A stretch of DNA of 64,000 nucleotides, taken from the IMG/VR virus record IMGVR_UViG_3300017917_002108, positions 32,001 to 96,000 of that record. One strand, given 5' to 3'. Every line of letters begins with the position of its first letter. The first letter of the stretch is position 1. Under the pieces are notes generated by a model. It was given only the letters and a program-made list of their open reading frames with translations, was not told the origin of the DNA and ran no database searches. The stretch is from a virus. The translations under genes and the position numbers were made by a program. This document shows, one piece after another, positions 30,956-40,916 of the stretch.

Positions 30956-31443
30956 CCGATAAAGAAAGCAATGTCGCTAAAGGCAAAGACAGCTATGATG
31001 CTAATATCGGCGACGGTCTAGTTGCTTTCTTTAATAGAAATGTCACTGCTTATCCCACAGAAGTAGGGGGTCCTGCTTTTGATCTAATACCTGTAGAACG
31101 TCAAAAAGACATAATGATTAATGTTGCCCGAATGCACGGTCAACAAGAGTATAATCGTATCATGGAATTAGTATCTGTCTTACAAAAACAAGCCGCTAGT
31201 ATCAAACGTAGATTAGAAATCACCGATTGGATACATTCGGCTGTGTATCAATTTCAGATAGCCCATGGCCAATGTTATTGGTTGGCTTTTGATACACGCA
31301 AGGGCGGAACCATTTTAACCATGCATGGTCCACAAGATTGGTCTACCGGAGCTCCGGATTGGTATGATTACATCTGTAGAGTAAAGTGGTTAGGTGATTA
31401 CACCTGGAGTGAAGTTGACAACGATGGAAATCCTGTATCATGA
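30952..31443 (+). CDS. Hypothetical protein (DUF2452-like)
   Basis: [10 protein letters not shown]...[12 protein letters not shown]...DYTW pattern. Confidence 0.55.
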   Translation: MTDKESNVAKGKDSYDANIGDGLVAFFNRNVTAYPTEVGGPAFDLIPVERQKDIMINVARMHGQQEYNRIMELVSVLQKQAASIKRRLEITDWIHSAVYQFQIAHGQCYWLAFDTRKGGTILTMHGPQDWSTGAPDWYDYICRVKWLGDYTWSEVDNDGNPVS

Positions 31444-31676
31444 GATATATGATAGTAACCTATATCAAACGTCCCGACGGCAAGCATGACGAATTGACAG
31501 AATTTAAGAGTAGTGTAAAATTAAAACACTATCAAAGTGCAAAAGTAATTTTAGACCTTAAGAAAAAACAATGTCTTAAGAACGGGTTAAACCCGCAAGC
31601 ATCATATCAAGATATGATAGATTTCTATAAAAAGATGTTAGGGGATCGATTGACCCCCTACCTCCCTAAAGATTAA
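31440..31676 (+). CDS. Hypothetical protein
   Basis: 78 aa ORF, ATGA overlap. Confidence 0.6.
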   Translation: MRYMIVTYIKRPDGKHDELTEFKSSVKLKHYQSAKVILDLKKKQCLKNGLNPQASYQDMIDFYKKMLGDRLTPYLPKD

Positions 31677-32407
31677 GAATCACCATATATTGCAAGTATC
31701 TCCTTTACCGCCTCGTGGCGTTCGATGTCACTAATATCAAAGTGACAAATATCAACATATCTGTGATTTACAAAGTTGTTATACAACTTAAGGAATTCTA
31801 GCAGTCCATTATTTGAAGGTCGATCTGCTTGTTGTAAATCACCCGTTACGATCATCTTTGATCCTTGACCTAACCTAGTAAGCAGCATTTTCATTTGACT
31901 AGGTGTAGCGTTTTGCATTTCATCAGCTATGATGACTGCATTCTTAAAAGTTCTTCCTCTCATATATGCTAAAGGACTGGTTTCAATCACCCCCTCAGTT
32001 ATCATGTTAGTTATTTCTTTAGCATTATAATTTTCGGCGAAGACATCCATTATAGGCTTAGTCCACGGCTCCATCTTTTGATTAAGATCGCCCGGTAGGA
32101 AACCGTGCTGTTCATCTACTGAAACGGCTGGTCTTGTAATTACGATTTTGCTGGCTTCTCCATACTTTAGTTGATCTATAGCCCATTGTACCGCTAGCAT
32201 TGTTTTACCTGTACCTGCAGGACCTATAGCGAAAATGATCATTTTTTGCTGATCATTTAGCTTAAGTAGGTATGATTCTTGGTTGAGGTTTTTAGGATAG
32301 ATTTGGACTCTAGGTCTTCTTTGATGGTTTTTGTCTACTAATTTAATTACATTAGACTCTTCTTGAAACGAGTTAGCCTTCAGTGCTGCTGCTCTTCGTC
32401 TTTTCAT
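31673..32407 (-). CDS. phoH: PhoH-like ATPase
   Basis: GPAGTGKT, TRPAV, GFLPGD, YMRGRTF, DEMQN, LLTRLG, TGDLQQ. Confidence 0.96.
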   Translation of the reverse strand: MKRRRAAALKANSFQEESNVIKLVDKNHQRRPRVQIYPKNLNQESYLLKLNDQQKMIIFAIGPAGTGKTMLAVQWAIDQLKYGEASKIVITRPAVSVDEQHGFLPGDLNQKMEPWTKPIMDVFAENYNAKEITNMITEGVIETSPLAYMRGRTFKNAVIIADEMQNATPSQMKMLLTRLGQGSKMIVTGDLQQADRPSNNGLLEFLKLYNNFVNHRYVDICHFDISDIERHEAVKEILAIYGDS

Positions 32408-32430
32408 ATAAGGTTAGCCCTCCTTTTTAA

Positions 32431-32473
32431 GTGCTAGGCACGGACCTTTAACCGTTGTGCCCGTACCGAGCAC
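32431..32473 (-). promoter_or_regulatory. Long RNA hairpin in phoH 5' leader
   Basis: GUGCUCGGUACGGGC / GUCCGUGCCUAGCAC, 15-position stem with one mismatch and two G-U pairs, between TAAATA (32479-32484) and AAGGAGG SD. Confidence 0.6.
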
Positions 32474-32551
32474 AAAAGTATTTAACATAGAGGGCAAAAA
32501 TTTAAATGATATGTTTAAGTTTTTGACTGATAAATACATTTGGGAGAAATC

Positions 32552-33082
32552 ATGGCTGACATCAAAGACATTATTAACAACATAGAACAGATCTACGGCT
32601 CTAACAACAGCTTAAATATGCTCAAAGACTTCGAAAGAGTCATTGATGAGCTAGATATCTACGTTTACGACAACTGGCTCGACGGAGAATTAGTAAGCGG
32701 ACCGAAAGAATCACGCTATTTTGTAGAGTGTACTTTTATGTGGCCGAAAGATCGTATGCCCGAACCTCAGGGCGGAGTAAGGTTATTAGATTATGGATGT
32801 AAAGTCCAAGTAGCTGAATCAAGATTAGCCAAGGTACGTAGAATTAAAAAACCAGACGATATTCGTCCTGGGACTAAAAAAGGAAAGATTGATCACGAAG
32901 ATATTTGGATGGTAAAAATAACTATTCCTAAAAAATTGATGAACGATATTAATCGTGGTTACAAAAATCTAGATAAGAATAAAGTTGAAGATATATTAAA
33001 CCTCAGTGGCGTGGTAGCTCAGGCCAATGATCAAAATGCACCAGCACAGGATACAGCAAATGCCGAACAACCAGCAGCTTAA
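32552..33082 (+). CDS. Hypothetical late protein
   Basis: GATAAATA at 32529-32536, GGAG SD, ATG 32552. Confidence 0.7.
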   Translation: MADIKDIINNIEQIYGSNNSLNMLKDFERVIDELDIYVYDNWLDGELVSGPKESRYFVECTFMWPKDRMPEPQGGVRLLDYGCKVQVAESRLAKVRRIKKPDDIRPGTKKGKIDHEDIWMVKITIPKKLMNDINRGYKNLDKNKVEDILNLSGVVAQANDQNAPAQDTANAEQPAA

Positions 33083-33800
33083 CGAAGGTCTTAGATCTAG
33101 AGATCTAGAAAACATGATCAAACCTGTATTGTCTATCGATACTTTTAGATCTAAGATGGGAGAAGATCGAGACGTCTGTGTTGTCAGCGTCGTGGCCAAA
33201 GATAGAAATCCTGCCAAGGATCTCATGGAGTTCTTAGAAAAAGGTTATAACTTTGTTCTAGATTCAGATGTGAGTTCGGGCGAAAACACCGACGGCGAAT
33301 ATGTAGTCTTTATTGAACTATCAAGAACTCCTGAGTTAGCCGAGCAGATAAGAGAACTCACGTATGGTATAAAGAAGTTAACAGGCATTAATGAATTTAA
33401 ATTTAAATATCATAAAAGAGATGGTGTTCACGACCTAACAGAAGAAAGTTTGAAATCAATCATACCTTCTACTCCTAGCTTGTATGATAGTTTTCTTAGC
33501 GATGTGAAAACAGAGGAAATAAAAAAGTTTTTTAGTAAGACATTGATGGACGACCTTAGGTTAGACAAAGATATTATTACTATATACAAACCATTTGACA
33601 AGATTTTGAAATTTAAAATCGTGGGCGAATCTGATTCTGTCTTAGAGAATATCACAGGACCAGTGTCGATCGATGACAAGTCAATGAGCGAAGTTTTTTG
33701 GTTAACTAAAGTACTAGGTGATTATGGTATTAATAAAGTTGATCAAAATTTTGTTTTTCAAAACGGAAAACAAACTATGTTATTACAAAGGATCGAATAA
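33060..33800 (+). CDS. Hypothetical late protein
   Basis: Likely start 33060 (MPNNQQLNE...), AGGA SD. Confidence 0.65.
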   Translation: MPNNQQLNEGLRSRDLENMIKPVLSIDTFRSKMGEDRDVCVVSVVAKDRNPAKDLMEFLEKGYNFVLDSDVSSGENTDGEYVVFIELSRTPELAEQIRELTYGIKKLTGINEFKFKYHKRDGVHDLTEESLKSIIPSTPSLYDSFLSDVKTEEIKKFFSKTLMDDLRLDKDIITIYKPFDKILKFKIVGESDSVLENITGPVSIDDKSMSEVFWLTKVLGDYGINKVDQNFVFQNGKQTMLLQRIE

Positions 33801-34429
33801 TGAGTTTTACATTTAATTTCAATAAAAATCAATTAAAAGAAATGATACCAAAGAATCCATATGTGGATCATTGGTTCGAAGCTCTGTCAGAAATATTACC
33901 AGAATATGAAATAAACACTCCACAGCGTGTGGCAGCATTCCTAGCACAGTGCGCTCACGAAAGTGGGGGATTCATTTTCTTAAAAGAGAATTTAAATTAC
34001 AAGGCTGCTAGCCTACGCAAAGTATTTCCTAAATACTTCCCCGATGACGCTACGGCAGCTCATTATGCAAATAGACCAGAAATGATCGCAAATAGAGTCT
34101 ATGCTAACCGTATGGGCAATGGGGATGAACACAGCGGCGATGGTTGGAAATACTGCGGTAGGGGATTGATCCAGTTAACCGGTAAGGACAACTATACATT
34201 TTTCGCTGCTAGTTTAGATATTCCGGTAGAAGAAGCCAGTGAATATCTTCAAACATTTGAAGGTGCGGTTCAATCCGCTTGCTTCTTTTGGGAACAAAAT
34301 GGTCTAAATCAATGGGCAGATAAAGGAGATATCCTTACATTGACTAAACGTATTAATGGTGGGACCATTGGATTAGAAGATCGAATCAAGCACTATAATC
34401 ACGCCTTGCATATATTCGGAGCACATTAA
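33800..34429 (+). CDS. Endolysin, glycoside hydrolase family 19
   Basis: AAFLAQCAHESGG, ENLNY, YCGRGLIQLTGKDNY, TKRINGG..GLEDR. Confidence 0.93.
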   Translation: MSFTFNFNKNQLKEMIPKNPYVDHWFEALSEILPEYEINTPQRVAAFLAQCAHESGGFIFLKENLNYKAASLRKVFPKYFPDDATAAHYANRPEMIANRVYANRMGNGDEHSGDGWKYCGRGLIQLTGKDNYTFFAASLDIPVEEASEYLQTFEGAVQSACFFWEQNGLNQWADKGDILTLTKRINGGTIGLEDRIKHYNHALHIFGAH

Positions 34430-34431
34430 TT

Positions 34432-34899
34432 ATGTGGCAATTTCAATGGATGCTTAGTTTAATTCCAGATAGTTTGTTTATCTGGATCACTTACATACTT
34501 ATGGCCATTGGGGTGACTTTGTATGTGGTCAGTAAACTAGTTACCTGGCTTCCTTTGATACAGCAATATAAACTACCTGCCGAACTAGCCGGAATCGTAG
34601 GTATGATTATAGGAGCATTCTTATTTGGCGGGTATGGCGTTGAGATGTCGTGGCGAGACAAAGTTCGACAACTAGAAGAAAAACTTAGAGCAGCCGAATC
34701 TCAAAGCCAAGAAGTAAAGATAAAAATACAGGAAAAAATCATTTATAAAACTAAGATTGTAAAAGAAAAAGAAACTGTATATGTAGATCGTGTCAAGGAG
34801 ATAGCCAAAGAAGTTGATGCCAAATGTGAGGTTGATCCAAGAATTATAGATATAATGAACAAAGCAGCCGAAGATCCTACAAAGGAGCAGACAAAATGA
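34432..34899 (+). CDS. Inner-membrane spanin (Rz-like)
   Basis: N-terminal TM segments, coiled coil, C-terminal Cys; directly after endolysin. Confidence 0.7.
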   Translation: MWQFQWMLSLIPDSLFIWITYILMAIGVTLYVVSKLVTWLPLIQQYKLPAELAGIVGMIIGAFLFGGYGVEMSWRDKVRQLEEKLRAAESQSQEVKIKIQEKIIYKTKIVKEKETVYVDRVKEIAKEVDAKCEVDPRIIDIMNKAAEDPTKEQTK

Positions 34900-35159
34900 A
34901 ATATATTGTTCTAGCATTAGCAATATTCATAACCGGCTGTAGTACTGCACCTGTAGTAATGAAATTTCCTGAAGTACCACAAGCATTGATGGAAAAATGC
35001 GAAGATTTAGAAAAAGTTGCACCGGGCACAAAGCAGTTGAGTACCACTACCGAAGTAGTAATTCGCAATTATAGTAAGTATCATCAATGTCGAATCAAAG
35101 TTGAAGAATGGCAAGAATGGTACAACTCAAACAAAAAAATTTACGAAAACGTTAAATAG
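34896..35159 (+). CDS. Outer-membrane lipoprotein spanin (Rz1-like)
   Basis: Lipobox FITGC; P..P..LM..C..L; NY..YHQC...W..W. Confidence 0.78.
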   Translation: MKYIVLALAIFITGCSTAPVVMKFPEVPQALMEKCEDLEKVAPGTKQLSTTTEVVIRNYSKYHQCRIKVEEWQEWYNSNKKIYENVK

Positions 35160-35182
35160 CGTATTAATTAAGAGGAGCGCAA

Positions 35183-35746
35183 ATGGCATTACACGATTCG
35201 ATCTTAAAGATCTTAAATAAAGAACCTAAAGATTCCGATGCACCTAAACCGGCACCGGGCAGTCGTTCAGAACGTGAAGCAAAAATCAAAGACAAAGCAG
35301 GTATGGTGATTTCTGTGTTCGCTTTGTTTCTAGCGGTCAATAGTTGGTATGGCGGTAAACTATCTGGTACAGTATTAACAAATACCCTAGGTGCCAACAA
35401 CGCATGGGCACAGTATCAGGCTAAAAATAATCGACTAGTTAGTTATGAGATCGCCAGCAAGACAACTAGTGATCCCGCTCTAAAGAAAGAATTTAAAGCA
35501 GAAGCAGAACGCATGGATGCTGACAAAAAAGAGATTGCTGTCAATGCTCGTAAGATGGAGGCTGATCGTGAACTGGCTAAAAAGTCTAGTCCGTGGATAG
35601 GATATGCGAGTACAGCCTATCAACTAGCCATTGTTGTTCTTTCAGCTAGCATTCTCGCTGTAAGTATGCCAATGTTCTGGGCAAGTTTTGCAGTAGCAGG
35701 TATTGGACTAGTACTAAGCCTTAACGGTTTATTCCTCTGGTTCTAA
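35183..35746 (+). CDS. DUF4337-like membrane protein
   Basis: TM, WAQYQAK, coiled coil, QLAIVVLSASIL plus TM. Confidence 0.7.
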   Translation: MALHDSILKILNKEPKDSDAPKPAPGSRSEREAKIKDKAGMVISVFALFLAVNSWYGGKLSGTVLTNTLGANNAWAQYQAKNNRLVSYEIASKTTSDPALKKEFKAEAERMDADKKEIAVNARKMEADRELAKKSSPWIGYASTAYQLAIVVLSASILAVSMPMFWASFAVAGIGLVLSLNGLFLWF

Positions 35747-35765
35747 CAGATAATAGGAGCGAAAA

Positions 35766-36299
35766 ATGACAGATTATAAAGATATGAGCGATGCTGAAAA
35801 GAAAAAAGAGGATTGGATGAATAGTAAATGGCGTCCAATGATGGGGTGGATGTACATGCTGGTCTGTACTATGGACATGATTGTATTTCCTATACTATGG
35901 AGTTTATTACAGACCATAACACATACTCCCATCACACAATGGAATCCTTTAACTCTACAAGGTGCCGGTTTATTTCATATTGCCATGGGTGCAGTACTAG
36001 GATTAGCCGCATGGGGTCGTACACAAGAAAAACTAGGAGGAGCGAATAATGGCGGATTACAGACAGCACCTAGCACTCCAGCATTTGGCTCTGCTCCGGC
36101 AGCACCAAGCAGTTTCTCGACACCAGCTGCGCCAAGTGGATTCGGAGCATCAACCGCACCAAGTAGCTTTGGCGGAAGCGGCTTTGGAAGCACACCTAGT
36201 CCGTCGCAGAGTTTCGGAGCAACGGTTGCTCCTGCAAGTCCCGTAATGAGCAGTACTGGCAAACCAATGCCTGTACAACCAACACAACCAGAACTATAA
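35766..36299 (+). CDS. Holin-like membrane protein with Pro/Ser/Gly-rich tail
   Basis: WRPMMGW...LGLAAWGRTQEK resembles 3TM holin family; lysis context. Confidence 0.65.
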   Translation: MTDYKDMSDAEKKKEDWMNSKWRPMMGWMYMLVCTMDMIVFPILWSLLQTITHTPITQWNPLTLQGAGLFHIAMGAVLGLAAWGRTQEKLGGANNGGLQTAPSTPAFGSAPAAPSSFSTPAAPSGFGASTAPSSFGGSGFGSTPSPSQSFGATVAPASPVMSSTGKPMPVQPTQPEL

Positions 36300-36310
36300 A
36301 GGAAACTAAA

Positions 36311-36526
36311 ATGAAAACATCATTGGCAATTTTTCTGTTAACCAGCGTGTTAGCACTACCTGTATCTGCTGCTGACCAACCACCTGCTACCAAGCAGGTA
36401 TGTGTAGACGTCATGAAAGACGGTAAGCCAGTAGTAGATCCAAAAACTAAAAAAACCAAACAAAATTGTAAGACAGTAAAGGTACATAAAAAACACGAAG
36501 GCACTGAAGTTCCACAAAAAAAATAA
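36311..36526 (+). CDS. Small secreted Lys-rich protein with two Cys
   Basis: Signal peptide MKTSLAIFLLTSVLALPVSA; AAGGA SD. Confidence 0.7.
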   Translation: MKTSLAIFLLTSVLALPVSAADQPPATKQVCVDVMKDGKPVVDPKTKKTKQNCKTVKVHKKHEGTEVPQKK

Positions 36527-36551
36527 ACAGTAGTTGGTAGACATTAAATAC

Positions 36552-36575
36552 AAGGCCGCTAGACGCGGCCTTTGT
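36552..36575 (+). terminator. Intrinsic terminator-like hairpin ending lysis operon
   Basis: AAGGCCGC-TAGAC-GCGGCCTT followed by TGTCTT. Confidence 0.65.
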
Positions 36576-36595
36576 CTTCATGTATAATATAAATT

Positions 36596-37438
36596 ATGGA
36601 TTATTATAATATTTTAGGTGTAGCTAAAAACGCTAGTCAGGACGAAATTAAATCAGCCTATCGGAAGATGGCCATGAAGTTTCATCCCGATAGAGGTGGG
36701 GACGAAAAGAAATTCAAAGAAATAGAAGAAGCTTACCGAACACTTAGCGATCCTCAGAAAAAACAGATATTTGATTTAGGCGGTGATCCGAATAATCAAA
36801 ACGGCGGATTTTACAATCAAGGACCGTTCGAGTTCCATTTTGGAACTAACAACATGAATGATGTATTTGGAAACTTTGGTTTTGGAGGACCGTTTGGATT
36901 TGGTGCTAGGCAAAGAAATAAATCGATAAACATCGTAGTAGAACTGACCTTGGAAGAAGTTCTTGTCGGCAAGGATATAGATGCCGAGATATCTATCCCT
37001 GGCGGGAAAAAGAAAATCATTAACATCAGTGTTCCGCCCGGAATAGAGGAAGGACAACAGATTAGATATCAAGGTATGGGAGATAATAGTATCCCTCATA
37101 TTCAACCCGGAGACCTGTTAGTCAATATCCGTATACTACCGCATGCAGAATTTAGGCGAGAAGGATCTAATATTATTTTAGATAAAACAGTGTCTGTATG
37201 GGACGCTATACTCGGCTGTTCTTTGACTATCAAAACTTTAGATCATAAGACTTTACAAATTTCTGTGCCTGCTGGTACACAACCAGAGACTGTACTCAGC
37301 TGTAAAAATGAAGGATTACCATTAATGAGAAATCAAAGACGAGGTAATCTTCTAATTAAAATTAAAGTGGAAATTCCTAAAAATATCGGTCATCAGATGA
37401 AAGCCGCTGTAGAAAAACTAAAGAATAATGATGTATGA
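36596..37438 (+). CDS. dnaJ: DnaJ-class co-chaperone lacking Zn finger (CbpA-like)
   Basis: DYYNILGV, HPD motif, G/F-rich region, GDLLV and GNLLI C-domains. Confidence 0.93.
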   Translation: MDYYNILGVAKNASQDEIKSAYRKMAMKFHPDRGGDEKKFKEIEEAYRTLSDPQKKQIFDLGGDPNNQNGGFYNQGPFEFHFGTNNMNDVFGNFGFGGPFGFGARQRNKSINIVVELTLEEVLVGKDIDAEISIPGGKKKIINISVPPGIEEGQQIRYQGMGDNSIPHIQPGDLLVNIRILPHAEFRREGSNIILDKTVSVWDAILGCSLTIKTLDHKTLQISVPAGTQPETVLSCKNEGLPLMRNQRRGNLLIKIKVEIPKNIGHQMKAAVEKLKNNDV

Positions 37439-37522
37439 TCACTTAGATGGTATATGTTTAGTTGACAAAGTGAGTCAGCTGGAATTAAACTTAGATATAA
37501 AGAAACTTAGGAAAAAGAAATA

Positions 37523-39862
37523 ATGATAGAACCAAGCTCAAATCTGCAACAAATATTTGATAATGCAGTTGAACATGCGAAAAAATTAAATCACGAATAT
37601 ATCACAATTGAGCATTTAGTATATGCTATAGTCTGTGACGGTCCCTCATTTCAAATCATAGAAAATTATGGAGCAGATGCAAATTTTATCAAGACTAATT
37701 TAGAACATTATATCAGAAATAATTTGAACGACATCAAAGCTTCTGATCCTAATCAGAAGCCAAAAAAGACCAGTTCAGTTGAAAGAGTTCTAAATCGTTG
37801 TTTTACGCAGGTATTGTTCAGTGGTAGGCAACGTATGGAAGTTGCTGATATCATTATCAGTATTCTAAGTGAAAAAAATAGCTTTGGTTTTTACTTCTTA
37901 AGTAAAGGTGGTCTGACCAAAGAAAAATTTATCCAGTATTTCCAAGAAAATCTAGAGATAGAAGAAGAAGAACCGTCTACTCAAATTGCGACTAATTCAC
38001 AGATGGAAAGAATCATTAATCAATTTTGTACCAATCTCAGCCTACTAGCCAAACAACGTAAGATTGATCCAGTCATTGGCAGAGATGAAGAATTAGAAAA
38101 AATTCAATTGATTCTGGCACGTAGAAATAAATGTAATGTTCTAATGGTAGGAGATCCTGGCGTGGGCAAAACTGCCATTGCAGAAGGCCTGGCTCGTAAG
38201 ATCTTTGAAAAGAAAGTTCCTAAGTTCATCCAAGATCATCAAGTCTATACATTAGATATCAGCTCTTTACTGGCAGGTTCTAAGTATCGAGGTGACTTCG
38301 AAGAGAGGATCAAAGCAGTACTAGCATCGTTAGAGAAAAAAGGCAAGATCATATTGTTCATCGATGAAGCACATATGATGCAAGGAGCAGGTGCAGCTAA
38401 TCAAAGCTCAAACGATCTAGCTAACATTCTTAAGCCTATACTGACCAAAGGTATCATAAAACTTATCGCATCAACCACATGGGAAGAATATCGCAAACAT
38501 TTCGAAAGCGATAGAGCATTAATGCGTAGATTCCAACGTGTAACGGTCGATGAACCTAGCCAAGAGATGACTGTTAAAATTATCAAAGGTATTAGAAAAT
38601 ATTATGAAAAACATCATAATGTTAAAATTACCGATGCAGGAATTGATCAAGCAGTAAAGTTATCAATCAAATATATGGCTGATAAAAAATTGCCGGATAA
38701 AGCCATTGATATCATAGACTGTGCCGCGGCTAGATATAAACTCAAAGATGATCCCACCGAAGAAGGCATCGAACAGTTAGTTGACGTTGAACAGGTCACA
38801 TATGAACTCAGCAAAATGATCAACATGCCATTGGAAACTGTGGCTCAGAAAGAAAGTAAAAATCTAACCGGTCTTGAAAAAGGTATGAAGGCTGCTGTAT
38901 ACGGACAAAATGAAGCTGTTGATACCTTGCTTGATAAGATTTTTGTCGCCCAAGCAGGCATGAAGCAACCAAATAAACCCATTGGGTCTTTCCTATTCCT
39001 TGGACCCACAGGCACAGGCAAGACCGAAACTGCTAAGACATTGGCAGATAAGATGGGCATGCAATTGGTAAGATTTGACATGGGAGAATATCAAGAGAAG
39101 CATAGCGTGGCAAGGCTAATCGGTGCGCCTCCCGGATATGTGGGCTATGAAGATAACGCAGGTCAGCTGATTACCAAACTTCAAGAACATCCTAACAGTA
39201 TTATTTTACTAGATGAGATTGAAAAAGCTCATCCAGATGTTAGTAATATTTTATTAGCATTTATGGATAATGGATTTATCACAGGCAGCAATGGAAAACA
39301 GGCAGATGGCAGGAACTGTATCCTCATTATGACATCTAATCTAGGAGCCAGAGACAACGAAAATAATGCCATTGGATTTGGTGATCTAGATAAAGACGGT
39401 GAAGATGACAAAGCGGTCAAGAAATATTTTGCTCCTGAATTCCGCAATCGTTTAGATGCAGTAATTAAATTTGATAAGCTAGGACTAGATGTAGTTATAC
39501 AAATTGTCAATAAATTTATATCAGAATTAAATTCTCAGCTGAAAGATAAAAATATTGAAATCGTATTGACCCATAAGGCTCAAAATTGGTTAGCAGAAAA
39601 AGGCTACGATAAAAAAATGGGTGCAAGACCGTTATCTCGATTGATAGATAATAAGATCAAATCTCCGTTGAGCCGCAGAGTATTGTTTGGAGATCTATCT
39701 AACGGTGGTAAGGTAACTGTTGATATTGAAAATGACGAACCGATATTTGCCGTCGAAGACTATATCAAAACATTGACCAGAGCTGCCAAAAGAAAACTAG
39801 GCATAGTTGATGAAATCCTAGAAGCTAAGACCGATGATATCAAAGAAGAAAATAACCAATAG
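37523..39862 (+). CDS. clpA: ClpA ATP-dependent chaperone / protease subunit
   Basis: Clp N-domain, GDPGVGKT, FIDEAH, GPTGTGKT, LIGAPPGYVG, IGF ClpP-docking loop, no ClpB M-domain. Confidence 0.92.
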   Translation: MIEPSSNLQQIFDNAVEHAKKLNHEYITIEHLVYAIVCDGPSFQIIENYGADANFIKTNLEHYIRNNLNDIKASDPNQKPKKTSSVERVLNRCFTQVLFSGRQRMEVADIIISILSEKNSFGFYFLSKGGLTKEKFIQYFQENLEIEEEEPSTQIATNSQMERIINQFCTNLSLLAKQRKIDPVIGRDEELEKIQLILARRNKCNVLMVGDPGVGKTAIAEGLARKIFEKKVPKFIQDHQVYTLDISSLLAGSKYRGDFEERIKAVLASLEKKGKIILFIDEAHMMQGAGAANQSSNDLANILKPILTKGIIKLIASTTWEEYRKHFESDRALMRRFQRVTVDEPSQEMTVKIIKGIRKYYEKHHNVKITDAGIDQAVKLSIKYMADKKLPDKAIDIIDCAAARYKLKDDPTEEGIEQLVDVEQVTYELSKMINMPLETVAQKESKNLTGLEKGMKAAVYGQNEAVDTLLDKIFVAQAGMKQPNKPIGSFLFLGPTGTGKTETAKTLADKMGMQLVRFDMGEYQEKHSVARLIGAPPGYVGYEDNAGQLITKLQEHPNSIILLDEIEKAHPDVSNILLAFMDNGFITGSNGKQADGRNCILIMTSNLGARDNENNAIGFGDLDKDGEDDKAVKKYFAPEFRNRLDAVIKFDKLGLDVVIQIVNKFISELNSQLKDKNIEIVLTHKAQNWLAEKGYDKKMGARPLSRLIDNKIKSPLSRRVLFGDLSNGGKVTVDIENDEPIFAVEDYIKTLTRAAKRKLGIVDEILEAKTDDIKEENNQ

Positions 39863-40514
39863 AAAGTTTTACGGTAAATGGTTATATAAAATTACCTTAA
39901 AAATCAATGGTGTGTCTATTATAAGGACGAATTCCTTAGAGGACACCATTGATTTTATGATGAATCCAGAGACACATATATTAAAAAACTATTCTTACAA
40001 CAGACGTTCCTTAGGAAGATCAGAAGAAATCATCAATCTCTGTAGATTCCTACTGCCTTTAGGGCTAGAAGATTACACCAAAAGATTAGAATCCAATCTC
40101 ATAGACATTTACACCAACGACGAAACCATTTATAAAAATGCCTGCTCGTTGTTTTATGATCAAATAGTACATCACTTCGAACCCGAACAAAGTTCAGTTA
40201 ATCTATTATCCAAATCCAATTTCATTGTAGTTAAGAAACTACCGCACGACAAGTTTAGATATAAGGTTTTTCTAACTCCTCATAGGCTCAAACACGATAA
40301 AGAAAAAAAACAACAATTTTTATCTTGGCTAGACACACAAAATGACCGGATAAGAATATCAGGAACAGTAAAAGATTGGTTTATTAGAACTGACTGGAAC
40401 TGGGATCGCAGATATGTGCTCGTCACAGACGAAGCGACTCTGCTGATGATGAAGATGGCTAATCCTGATGCAGTGGGCAAAGTATATGAGCACGTGGTGT
40501 TGATAAATACTTGA
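39834..40514 (+). CDS. Hypothetical protein
   Basis: 226 aa ORF in operon. Confidence 0.65.
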   Translation: MISKKKITNRKFYGKWLYKITLKINGVSIIRTNSLEDTIDFMMNPETHILKNYSYNRRSLGRSEEIINLCRFLLPLGLEDYTKRLESNLIDIYTNDETIYKNACSLFYDQIVHHFEPEQSSVNLLSKSNFIVVKKLPHDKFRYKVFLTPHRLKHDKEKKQQFLSWLDTQNDRIRISGTVKDWFIRTDWNWDRRYVLVTDEATLLMMKMANPDAVGKVYEHVVLINT

Positions 40515-40870
40515 TGTCCAACGAAATTCGAACACTACTAGCAAATATCGGTCTAGAATCAGCAGATTCTACATTTGTTTACGGCAATAAAAGTCCAGGA
40601 GCAGGATATCACAAAAGCAATAATTCAATACATACGGTAATTTATCAGGTTTCGGATTTCGTAGGTACTATAAAAATACAGGCTACACTAGCTCTGGATC
40701 CGGCAGATTCGGATTGGTTTGATGTAGATGATACCACGATTGGAATAGGATCAGACAGTTCAGCGTGGACCACTAGTAATACCTTCAATTTTTCAGGTAA
40801 TTTTGTATGGATTCGCGCTGCATATAACATACAAAACGGTTCTATTACCTCGATTACTTATCTAGTCTAA
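40514..40870 (+). CDS. Small beta-rich late (structural?) protein
   Basis: GATAAATA 4 nt before ATG 40514. Confidence 0.6.
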   Translation: MSNEIRTLLANIGLESADSTFVYGNKSPGAGYHKSNNSIHTVIYQVSDFVGTIKIQATLALDPADSDWFDVDDTTIGIGSDSSAWTTSNTFNFSGNFVWIRAAYNIQNGSITSITYLV

Positions 40871-40882
40871 GATTTCAAAAGC

Positions 40883-40916
40883 GATAAATATAGTATCATC
40901 TTACGGAAGATACTAT
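40883..40916 (+). promoter_or_regulatory. Late promoter followed by hairpin overlapping the start codon
   Basis: GATAAATA 40883-40890; ATAGTATC (40890-40897) pairs with GATACTAT (40909-40916). Confidence 0.55.
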
